IMG/VR virus record: IMGVR_UViG_3300047311_000827
Origin: a virus
DNA: 45,878 nt
Reading direction: 5' to 3' (one strand)
In this document: positions 33,502 through 40,789 of the stretch, one piece after another
Numbering within the stretch: position 1 is the first letter of the stretch
How the letters are laid out: the number at the start of each line of letters is the position of its first letter
Position numbers and translations under genes: made by a program
Notes under the pieces: generated by a model
Databases searched by the model: none
What the model was told of the DNA's origin: nothing
The model's input: only the letters and a program-made list of their open reading frames with translations

Positions 33502-34046
33502 GAGATACCGCCGAACTCGACGTTCACCTGGGCGCCGAACGTCCCAGCCCCGGCCGACTTCGCGCGGAGCTCGGACTTGAGCGTGGACCTGATCCTCATC
33601 AGCTCGTCGATCGCGATCTTGGTGACCATGCGATTGCCGATCTGGTACTGAGCGATGTCGTCCGTGATCCGGCCGGTGATCACGCCCTCGATCGCGACGA
33701 GGGTCTTCTCTGCCCAGGCCTGGAAGCTTCCCGCGACCGCGGTGGCGAAGTTGGGCAGCACGGTGACGTTGGAGGTGGCGGCGGTGTAAGTGTCGGTGCC
33801 GTCGGTCACCACCTCGCCGATCGTGTAGCCACCGGGACCCAGGCTCGCCGTCTGCGCGGCCGTGAGCGTGACCAGGAACCCGGTGCCGCTCTGCGCAGCC
33901 GCGATCGGCCCCAGGATGTTGATGCCGTTGACGAAGACGTTGAGCGCCCAGGTCGGCGCGATGAAGTCAGGGAAGAACCTGCTCACCTTGACGGTGTTGC
34001 CGGCCGTGATCGCGGAGGGCCACTCTGTTGGGATCGAGGGTGCCAT
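33498..34046 (-). CDS. Head-tail joining protein with gpW-like C-terminal domain and N-terminal extension
   Basis: 182 aa. The C-terminus AIEGVITGRITDDIAQYQIGNRMVTKIAIDELMRIRSTLKSEL fits the gpW pattern. It occupies the lambda W position between terL and the portal. Confidence 0.5.
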   Translation of the reverse strand: MAPSIPTEWPSAITAGNTVKVSRFFPDFIAPTWALNVFVNGINILGPIAAAQSGTGFLVTLTAAQTASLGPGGYTIGEVVTDGTDTYTAATSNVTVLPNFATAVAGSFQAWAEKTLVAIEGVITGRITDDIAQYQIGNRMVTKIAIDELMRIRSTLKSELRAKSAGAGTFGAQVNVEFGGIS

Positions 34047-34047
34047 G

Positions 34048-34124
34048 ACCGCGGATCTTCAAGCACCCGCTGGTATGCGCCGGCGCCACGAGTTTTCTCT
34101 TTAGTGTAATAGAGATCCCGCGGT
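34048..34124. other. Long-range inverted repeat enclosing a GCGCCGGCGC palindrome and an AT-rich patch
   Basis: accgcggatct (34048-34058) pairs with agatcccgcggt (34113-34124), giving 11 bp plus one bulge. It lies in the 84-nt gap between terL and the gpW-like gene. Confidence 0.55.
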
Positions 34125-34130
34125 GACTTC

Positions 34131-36029
34131 TCAGAAGTCCTTTACCCAGCTTTTCCCTTGCTTCTTGATGGCCTGGGACGCCTGGACGATAACGGGCGGC
34201 AGATCGGCCTGGCCGGAGTCAGTTGTCAATCGCGTGCTGATGCGTTTCGCCAACTGGCCGAGTGACTTCACGTACAGTGGCCCGCGGATGTAGAGAGCGG
34301 CCAGCGCGTAGACCTCGAGATCGAAGGCTTCGTTGCGATCTCTCAACTTCTCCCACTCGCGGACGGACCCGCGGCCCTTGACGTACTTGAAGACCGCCCT
34401 CTCGGCCGTCAGCTGCTCGATGAACTCGTCATCCAGCCAGTGTGGGAGGTGCATGTAGCCAGGGCCGGGCTGGCCCACCATGAGCCTCGACATAACCATG
34501 TCCTTGCCCGTGTCCACGCAGATGACGAACAGAGGGATGCGATAGCGGTTGGTCTGGGACGGTCTCTCCACGATCGGCTTGCCGACCTGCGTGCCGCCCT
34601 TGATCGCGAAGACGTTGCGGTTGACTCTCGCCGCGCAGTACCTGTACACTGACTCGGTGTGGAGGCCACCAGAGTCCACGACGGTGATGTCGGCGCGGAG
34701 CTTCTTGCCCGACTCGGTGACGAACTCCTGAGCGATGAACTTGTCGAGCTCGCGCCACACCTCGGCCCTGGATGGATCGCCGAAGATCTGGCTGAACGCG
34801 ATCAGCCAGGACTCCTCATCCTGGCCGTAGCCCTTGGCCACAGCCTCCAGACGGTCACCCTGGGTGTCCACGGCGATCACGATCGAACCCACGCCGTCCG
34901 GCACCTCGGCCTTGTAGGTCTCGCGCCGCCTCTTGATCACGCCGGCTTCGATCGAGTCCCCAGGCTCCTCGAACGTCTCCGCGAGCACAGTGTTCACCCA
35001 GGCCTTGAGCTTGAAGCGATCGTTCTTCGAGGAGATGAACTCCTCCGCGCACTCTCGCCACGACTTCCATCCGAGAGGTGAGTACAAGCCGGAGATGTGG
35101 AATCCGACCGTGCGTCCATCACCTTCAGCGGTCGCTCGCCACTCGCCGCGCGCCAGCATGTCGGTCTTGTGCCTCTCCTCGACCTCCTGGGCACAGCCGC
35201 CGCAGACCATGTGGGCGGTGGCTGGGTCGTGGTTGTGCCACTCGATCCTGTGGTGGCCGCCGTCGTCGTGCTTCAAGAAGTCCGAGTAACCGCTCCAGGT
35301 GAGGAAGTCTCTATGCCCGCAGTGGGGGCACGGGATGTAGTACCTCTGCTGGTTACTCTGCTTGTACTCGCGCTCGATCCGGCTGACGTGACGGACGGTC
35401 GGCGTCGAGGCCATGTAGATCTTCTTGCGGGCGAACGTGGTCGTGCGCTTCTCGGCGAGCGAGATCGGGTCTCCCTGGCCCTCCAGGTCTCCTGGATACT
35501 CGTCCACTTCATCCATGAAGAGCTTGCGGATCGGGGCGGACCTGACGCCAGCGGAGCTGTTCGCGCCGGTGATCAGGAGGAGACCACCTGGAAACTCCTT
35601 CGCCCGGATCGTGTTGCTGCTGTCGCGGGTCCTGGCCTCGGACACTCGCTCGCGCAGGACCGGCGTGGAGTCGATCATCGGCGCAATGCGCTGCTTGGAC
35701 ACGCGCTCGGCGACCTCGACCGTCGGCTGGACCATCAGCATCGGGCACGGGTCTCGGTGGATCGTGAAGCCCATCCAGTTGTTCCCGATCTCAGTCTTGC
35801 CCACCTGGGCGCCGCCCACCACCACCACGCGGATCGCCGGGTGCCAGGGCGACAGGCACCTCATGATCTCCTTGACGTATGGCGTGCGCGAGGTGCGATA
35901 CCTGCCCGCCTCGGCCGAGGCGATCGCGCTCAGGTAGCGGTACTCGTCTGCCCACTCGTCGACGTACAGCTGACGGTCTGGGCGGAGGCCGGCGCAGGCC
36001 GAGCTCTCGCACCTCTCAATCAGGCTCAC
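34131..36029 (-). CDS. terL: Terminase large subunit, lambda gpA family
   Basis: 632 aa, GTG start. LYVDEWADEYRYLS...RTPYVKEIM...VVVGGAQVGKTE (Walker A). A zinc motif reads CPHCGH...CGGC. The C-terminal nuclease region includes ITVVDSGG. Confidence 0.85.
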   Translation of the reverse strand: MSLIERCESSACAGLRPDRQLYVDEWADEYRYLSAIASAEAGRYRTSRTPYVKEIMRCLSPWHPAIRVVVVGGAQVGKTEIGNNWMGFTIHRDPCPMLMVQPTVEVAERVSKQRIAPMIDSTPVLRERVSEARTRDSSNTIRAKEFPGGLLLITGANSSAGVRSAPIRKLFMDEVDEYPGDLEGQGDPISLAEKRTTTFARKKIYMASTPTVRHVSRIEREYKQSNQQRYYIPCPHCGHRDFLTWSGYSDFLKHDDGGHHRIEWHNHDPATAHMVCGGCAQEVEERHKTDMLARGEWRATAEGDGRTVGFHISGLYSPLGWKSWRECAEEFISSKNDRFKLKAWVNTVLAETFEEPGDSIEAGVIKRRRETYKAEVPDGVGSIVIAVDTQGDRLEAVAKGYGQDEESWLIAFSQIFGDPSRAEVWRELDKFIAQEFVTESGKKLRADITVVDSGGLHTESVYRYCAARVNRNVFAIKGGTQVGKPIVERPSQTNRYRIPLFVICVDTGKDMVMSRLMVGQPGPGYMHLPHWLDDEFIEQLTAERAVFKYVKGRGSVREWEKLRDRNEAFDLEVYALAALYIRGPLYVKSLGQLAKRISTRLTTDSGQADLPPVIVQASQAIKKQGKSWVKDF

Positions 36030-36501
36030 CGGACATCTCCTCCAGGGCTTGCCTGATCTCAGCCGCCACGAGCCTGTGCATCTCGGCGCTGTCCACCATG
36101 CCGGCGATCATCGGGACCACGCGATCGGGCACGGACATCAGCTTGTCCCTGGTCATCCGGCAGATCGTGAACCACTTCTTGCGGACCTCCTCGGCGTCGA
36201 TCAGCTTGCCACGTAGCTGCTCAAACTCGAGCTTAGCCTTGCGAGCCTTGTAGGTCTCGTGGACCGCCCGGGCCGAGTTGAAGTTCATGGTCTCCTTGCC
36301 GCGGAGACCTCCCTTCCTGGGCGTACCGTTGACGGAGTTCAGCGCCTTCGTGGTGTCCGTGTTCGCGGCCCACTGGCGATCCGCCTCGGCTGGGTCCACT
36401 CGCTTCGGCTTGCCGGTTGTGGAGATCCTGCCCAGCTGCACCGCCCTGGTCACGGCGGTCTTGGAGACTCCGCGGTGCCTGGCGTACTCGACGATCGTCA
36501 T
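36016..36501 (-). CDS. terS: Terminase small subunit, Nu1-like (N-terminal winged helix)
   Basis: Frame 36016..36576 trimmed to the ATG at 36499-36501. MTIVEYARHRGVSKTAVTRAVQLGRIS, then a helical region ...EFEQLRGKLIDAEEVRKKW. It overlaps the terL start. Confidence 0.65.
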   Translation of the reverse strand: MTIVEYARHRGVSKTAVTRAVQLGRISTTGKPKRVDPAEADRQWAANTDTTKALNSVNGTPRKGGLRGKETMNFNSARAVHETYKARKAKLEFEQLRGKLIDAEEVRKKWFTICRMTRDKLMSVPDRVVPMIAGMVDSAEMHRLVAAEIRQALEEMSGEPD

Positions 36502-36596
36502 GAGTTTCACAGCACCCACTCTCCTGATTGCTTGGCAACCTGACTGGAGCCAGGGCTCGCGATCCAGCAGATCCACCAGTGCCCACTCATCGTAAC

Positions 36597-36873
36597 CCTG
36601 GTCTGCCGAAAGCTCTCCAGGCTCAGAGATCCGATACCTGGCTCCACATCCACCCGACCTATGATCCCTGGTTGCCTGGTTGTCCTGCCAGGGGCCGAGA
36701 TCTGGGACCTGGCTGGCGTCCCGTAACCCCTTGATACTGCACGGCCCTTTTGGGCCGTTCCTGGGGTTGTCCTGGCTGGCGATCCCGGGTCCTGGCGCGG
36801 TGGATATGCACCTGGCCGTCGGATCGCCGCCCTGGTCACGTCCTGGAGATCCTGGCGACGTCCTGGTGCCTGG
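36597..36873 (+). repeat. Phased array of 14 same-orientation CCTGG pentamers (cosB/terminase-binding-site candidate)
   Basis: CCTGG starts at 36597, 36637, 36667, 36675, 36708, 36760, 36771, 36791, 36811, 36831, 36842, 36851, 36862 and 36869. CCAGG starts at 36550, 36617 and 36688. The spacings cluster at 9-11 and 20 bp. Confidence 0.8.
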
Positions 36874-37068
36874 GCAATATGCCTTGACACCCTCAACCTA
36901 GACATTCTTCGGGGTCGCCGGCACCCTCGCGGCACGGCGAGGAAGGACCCAACGACGAAGTCAGAGGCCATCCGTCATTCGCGGCCGTCCGTCTCGATCG
37001 AGTCGCGATCTCAGTGTGAGTGTGATCCACACGCATGGACCTCGATCGTACAGCAGCTCTCAGTCCGT

Positions 37069-37115
37069 GAGAGCCGCGCTCGGTCACCTGCCTGTGACCT
37101 CGAGCGCGGTCTCTC
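37069..37115. other. Extended imperfect hairpin (about 19 paired positions) in the non-coding region
   Basis: gagag+ccgcgctcg (37069-37082) pairs with cgagcgcgg+ctctc (37101-37115) with one bulge. The inner arms gtcac/gtgac (37083-37098) also pair. Confidence 0.55.
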
Positions 37116-37390
37116 TCTTCGATCCCTCTGCGTCCTTGTCCATGATCACGCTGTTCATCCATGTACATGAGTGGTCTCTCGCCTGCTCGGTAGAGGGTGC
37201 ACGGTGCTCTTCGTGCCACCTGCCCAACGCTGTAGATAGGGCGACCGAGGAGGGGCGGGATCTTCTTCTTCATCACGATCTGACCATACCTAAGATCTGG
37301 TGCGTGGCTGCGACGGAGTGAAAGGAACAAAGCTCCTTCCAGTGGCAGGAGACCCAGGCCCACCATGCTGGTGCAGCCACGCACTCACTG

Positions 37391-38071
37391 CTACGCGATC
37401 GGCACGGCGAACGTCGCGTCCCCCTGCTCGCTCAACAGCTGGCCCAGCGTGTCCCACGTGAAGAAGAAGTTGCCGGTGCCGTTGAGTCCCCACGATCCCC
37501 AGGAGTTGATGCACCACACGCGCTTCAGCTGTGCATCCACGCCGAGCATCGCGATCTCGTGACCTCCGCGCACGTAGGCGTTCTGATCGAGCGGGCACTC
37601 GCCCGTCTCGAGAGGCGAGTCGAAGCTGCTATACCAGTTGATCCCCAGGATGCCAGGCCTCAACACGAGAGCGCCCAGCAGATGCTTGAGACTGAACGTG
37701 TGCGTGTAGCCCGCGATCAGCTTGAGAGTCTTCGCGACCTTCATCACCGCGAGACCTGAAGACCCGGTGTCGTCGGGCGGGTAGGAGCCCGGATAGCCAT
37801 CGATCACGGTGGCCTTCGAGTAGATCAGCACTGCAGATCGCTCCAGGAGCAGCTTCTTCCGCGGCTTGTGGAACGGTGCGGAGTTCAGAGACTGAGCCAT
37901 CGCGTTGCCCGTGCACGAGCCGAGATCGCCCTGATCCAGAGGCGGCCCGTAGTGCTTGTGCTGCACAGTCACGATCTTGGCTGCCACCTGCGCCTCGAAC
38001 TTGCGTGACCTGGGATCGTGCTCGATGTGGCGACCTAGCCTGAGCATCTTCTCCTGGATCTTCTTCTTCAT
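37391..38071 (-). CDS. Papain-like (C1-type) cysteine peptidase
   Basis: Frame trimmed to the ATG at 38069-38071 with an AAGGAGG SD. QGDLGSCTGNA (Cys), VRGGHEIAMLG (His) and CINSWGSWGLNGTGNF fit the papain-family order Q-C-H-N(SWG). Confidence 0.65.
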   Translation of the reverse strand: MKKKIQEKMLRLGRHIEHDPRSRKFEAQVAAKIVTVQHKHYGPPLDQGDLGSCTGNAMAQSLNSAPFHKPRKKLLLERSAVLIYSKATVIDGYPGSYPPDDTGSSGLAVMKVAKTLKLIAGYTHTFSLKHLLGALVLRPGILGINWYSSFDSPLETGECPLDQNAYVRGGHEIAMLGVDAQLKRVWCINSWGSWGLNGTGNFFFTWDTLGQLLSEQGDATFAVPIA

Positions 38072-38106
38072 CGCGCCTCCTTGATCACTTGAACAGCTTC
38101 TTCGCT

Positions 38107-38472
38107 TCACCCCAGCTTACTTGGATCGTCGGCGTCTTGCCGCCTCCCTTGGTACGAGTGCTGTCCGGGTTGCCACCGTGGCCGTGGTGCTTGTGCGGCT
38201 TTGAGGCTGACATCAGCATCAGCATCAGCAATGAGACGATCAAGATCGTGATCCTTCGCATCGTCCTTCCTCCTCTGCTCTACTACGCGCCTCTCGTCGT
38301 CCAGCAGCATCTCGGTCTTCATCAGCCTGCGCGCTTGGTCGAAGAAGTGGGCGCCGCCATCTGGCTCGATCGACTCGAATACCTGTGTCGAGATCTTCAT
38401 CTCCACGCTCAGCGTGCGACTGTTGTGGGTCGTCGTCACCACGACGTGGTAGTAACCCCACTCGCTCACCAT
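38107..38472 (-). CDS. Hypothetical protein
   Basis: Frame trimmed to the ATG at 38470-38472. 121 aa with an acidic and Arg-rich tail. Confidence 0.5.
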   Translation of the reverse strand: MVSEWGYYHVVVTTTHNSRTLSVEMKISTQVFESIEPDGGAHFFDQARRLMKTEMLLDDERRVVEQRRKDDAKDHDLDRLIADADADVSLKAAQAPRPRWQPGQHSYQGRRQDADDPSKLG

Positions 38473-38903
38473 GTCCTCTCCATCTCGGCCTTCCACTTGC
38501 TCCCAGACTGCATCGCGACCATGGCCGCCGCGTCCTCGATCGAGCGCGCCACCATGGCGATCGCGCCGTTCTGGTGCACGTCATCCAGGAAGTCGCGTTG
38601 ATCCTCGCTCACCATGCCGTCCTTGGTCTTCGCCTCGATCCAGATCGAGCGCCCGTTCGGCGCCACGCCGCACACGTCCGAGATGCCTCGGCGATTGTTG
38701 AGCTTGCGATAGCCCAGGAACTTCACGTTGTCGCCCGACCTGGACAACTGCATCGTCGGCTGATTATTGAATCGAACTGCCACGCACCCGTGAAGAGTGA
38801 GCAGCTCCAAGATCGCTCTGATCAAGCTCGTCTCGATGCCGCGATTCTTCCTGGGAGATCTCTTCCCCACGTCAGTCCCCAGTCTATCCGGATGCGCAGT
38901 CAT
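38466..38903 (-). CDS. VRR-NUC domain nuclease
   Basis: SLIRAILELLTLHGCVAVRFNN...GISDVCGVAPNGRSIWIEAKTKDGMVSEDQRDFLDDVHQNGAIAMVARSIEDA fits D...iE.K...ls..Q..f......G......s.eea. Confidence 0.75.
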   Translation of the reverse strand: MTAHPDRLGTDVGKRSPRKNRGIETSLIRAILELLTLHGCVAVRFNNQPTMQLSRSGDNVKFLGYRKLNNRRGISDVCGVAPNGRSIWIEAKTKDGMVSEDQRDFLDDVHQNGAIAMVARSIEDAAAMVAMQSGSKWKAEMERTW

Positions 38904-38990
38904 CTACGGCTTCCTCCAGGGGTTGTGGATGAACGCGTCCCACAGCCCGTGTATGCCGATGACGTAGAACAGCCACGGATCGTGGCTCAT
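38904..38990 (-). CDS. 28-aa micro-ORF (MSHDPWLFYVIGIHGLWDAFIHNPWRKP), not in the ORF track
   Basis: The ATG overlaps the upstream stop (ATGA) and follows a GGAGGTG SD. Its TAG abuts the next start codon. It fills the gap between two coupled genes exactly. Confidence 0.45.
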   Translation of the reverse strand: MSHDPWLFYVIGIHGLWDAFIHNPWRKP

Positions 38991-39364
38991 GCCTCACCTC
39001 CGTTGAACATGTCCTCGAGCTTCAGCTCCTTGATCATGTAGCGCACTGCGTCAGCCACTGCTGCCTTGTCGATCTTCATGAACTCGACCGAGGCCTCGAC
39101 CGTGGTGTACATGTCGATCTTGATCTTGGCCTTGGTCATCACGCCTACCCAGATCTTGCCCTCCTCGGCCTGCATGATCGGCATGTCCGTGGGCATGAAC
39201 ACGAACGAGGCCTTCTTGCCGTGGATCGTCATCGGCACCGTGATCATCGACTTCGACACCGTCGCCCCTGTTGGCGCGGGATAGATCACGCCCGGTGTGT
39301 AGGTCACGCCCGGGCTGAACATCGGGTTCGAAGGCAGGTGACCGCCCTTGATGTCCTGATTCAT
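38987..39364 (-). CDS. Hypothetical protein
   Basis: 125-aa tail of frame 38987..39595, ATG at 39362-39364 (ATGA overlap). Confidence 0.55.
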   Translation of the reverse strand: MNQDIKGGHLPSNPMFSPGVTYTPGVIYPAPTGATVSKSMITVPMTIHGKKASFVFMPTDMPIMQAEEGKIWVGVMTKAKIKIDMYTTVEASVEFMKIDKAAVADAVRYMIKELKLEDMFNGGEA

Positions 39365-40164
39365 CTCGCCTTCCTCAGCACCCAGGCGCAGTTGCTGGAC
39401 GCCATGGGATACTTGGGAGCCAGGAAGTTCGACAACACCTCGTTGCTCAGGAACTTCCCGAGCTCGTCCAGGAGCTGCCTCTCCTGCTCCGTGCAGGCCT
39501 TGCGGATCTTGTTCGCAGACGCGAACGTGCCGTGCACCGACTCCACGCGGAGACCCGCCTGGATGATCGCTGCGTTCAGCTCGTCGAAGTCCCACTCGTA
39601 GATGTGATTCGCGGCCTGAGCCTTCTTGTTATACACCGGCGTCGAGAGCAGGAACCTGGACTCGCTGTTCATGAAGCTCTCAGCAGCTGCCAGGAGCCTG
39701 AGACCGCGACGCTTGTTCATGTGCTCGATCACCTCGAAGCACGTGATCACGTCGAAGGTCTTGCTGATCTTCGAGATCTCCTGGTAGCGCTCCACGAAGT
39801 TGAACTCACCCAGGAAGTGAGCCCACCTGAAGTTGTAGTGAACGTCGATCTCGTTGATGTCCACGCCGACGTAGATCTTGGGCACCCAGCTCATGTGAGG
39901 CCTGCCCAGCACGTAGGCCAGCGTCTGATCGCGACCGCAACCGATGTCCAGCACCCGCGTGCCGTTGCCCACGAACCGGCCTGCCCAGCCGTAGCGGAAA
40001 AAGTGAGCCGCGTAGTCGCGGTGCACCGTCCTCGTGTAGTGCTTGGCCGGCAGGTACGTGCGATCGTAGTCCCTCTCCAGGTCGATGCCGTTCCTGGCGT
40101 TCAGCACGCGCACGCGACCGCCCCCTCGTGTGACCTTGATCCTCGGTCTCCCGCCCTTCGGCAT
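39361..40164 (-). CDS. Class I SAM-dependent methyltransferase
   Basis: ATG at 40162-40164 (the track start at 40167 is a TTG). Motif I is RVLDIGCGRD. Further motifs: DVITCFEVIEHM and FLLSTP. Confidence 0.75.
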   Translation of the reverse strand: MPKGGRPRIKVTRGGGRVRVLNARNGIDLERDYDRTYLPAKHYTRTVHRDYAAHFFRYGWAGRFVGNGTRVLDIGCGRDQTLAYVLGRPHMSWVPKIYVGVDINEIDVHYNFRWAHFLGEFNFVERYQEISKISKTFDVITCFEVIEHMNKRRGLRLLAAAESFMNSESRFLLSTPVYNKKAQAANHIYEWDFDELNAAIIQAGLRVESVHGTFASANKIRKACTEQERQLLDELGKFLSNEVLSNFLAPKYPMASSNCAWVLRKAR

Positions 40165-40427
40165 CAAGACGCCACCGCCTTCTTGGCGCGGGGCCTCTTG
40201 GGCGGAGCTTCGCCACGAAAGAACGGAGCCTTCCTCACCTCATAGTCCGGCGGCCACTTGTGCGTGGCTTGACGGACATACGACTTCACGCCCTTCTTCT
40301 TGAGCGCGGCCTGGCGCGCCAACAACTCCTCCTCCGGGATCAACGAGCTCCCGTCCTTGTCGACCAACACGAGAGCGATCCGGTCGTTCTGGTTCGCAAA
40401 GTCCTTCGTCTTCACGCCCGCCTCCAT
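40164..40427 (-). CDS. Small basic hypothetical protein
   Basis: 87-aa tail of frame 40164..40544, ATG at 40425-40427. Confidence 0.45.
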   Translation of the reverse strand: MEAGVKTKDFANQNDRIALVLVDKDGSSLIPEEELLARQAALKKKGVKSYVRQATHKWPPDYEVRKAPFFRGEAPPKRPRAKKAVAS

Positions 40428-40789
40428 TGTTCGTGCATCTCGGGTCTGATCAGCATCACCGGCTTCCCCAACTGCTTGGCCAGCGACACGACGTGAGCCG
40501 TGCCGCTGCTCTTGCCGTCCCAGAACGCGACCATCCTGCTGCACGTCTGGGCGATGGTCCGGTTGCGCTCGAGAGGCGCCCTGGGACCATGCTTCAGGTA
40601 GTCGGGCTTGATCACGACCACCATCATCTGCCTCAACCTGGCGACGCGCTCGGCCTCACGATCCACGCCGCGCGCGCCGCCCGTGATCACGATCGTGTGG
40701 TCGGGCAAGGCCATCAGGTAGGCCTCGACCATGCGCATGATCGGGTATTCCCTGCTGCCGACGACTGCGACTCGCTCGGCAGTGATCAC
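40412..40789 (-). CDS. DUF2493/SLOG-family protein
   Basis: GTG start (GTGA overlap). VAVVGSREY...VITGGARGVDREAERVA...VAFWDGKSSGTAHVV matches the SLOG/DUF2493 pattern. Confidence 0.7.
   Translation of the reverse strand: MITAERVAVVGSREYPIMRMVEAYLMALPDHTIVITGGARGVDREAERVARLRQMMVVVIKPDYLKHGPRAPLERNRTIAQTCSRMVAFWDGKSSGTAHVVSLAKQLGKPVMLIRPEMHEQWRRA

Noticed and set aside
36760-36873. CRISPR-like reading of the 20-bp periodic repeats
   Set aside because: The repeat unit is only 5-7 bp and the spacers are 4-15 bp. There are no cas genes, and the array sits exactly where terminase-binding sites are expected.
36507-36971. 154-aa minus-strand ORF spanning the CCTGG array
   Set aside because: Its sequence is a by-product of the repeats (reiterated PG/RQD). 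It has no SD and overlaps the terS start region. The DNA-level periodicity is the better explanation.
36893-37273. Possible 126-aa gene starting MKKKIPPLLGRPIYSVGQVARR (HTH-like)
   Set aside because: It has no SD. Codon quality collapses after about 35 codons (AGA/CGA Arg, low GC3) and the remainder is low complexity. I kept it only as a note in the findings.
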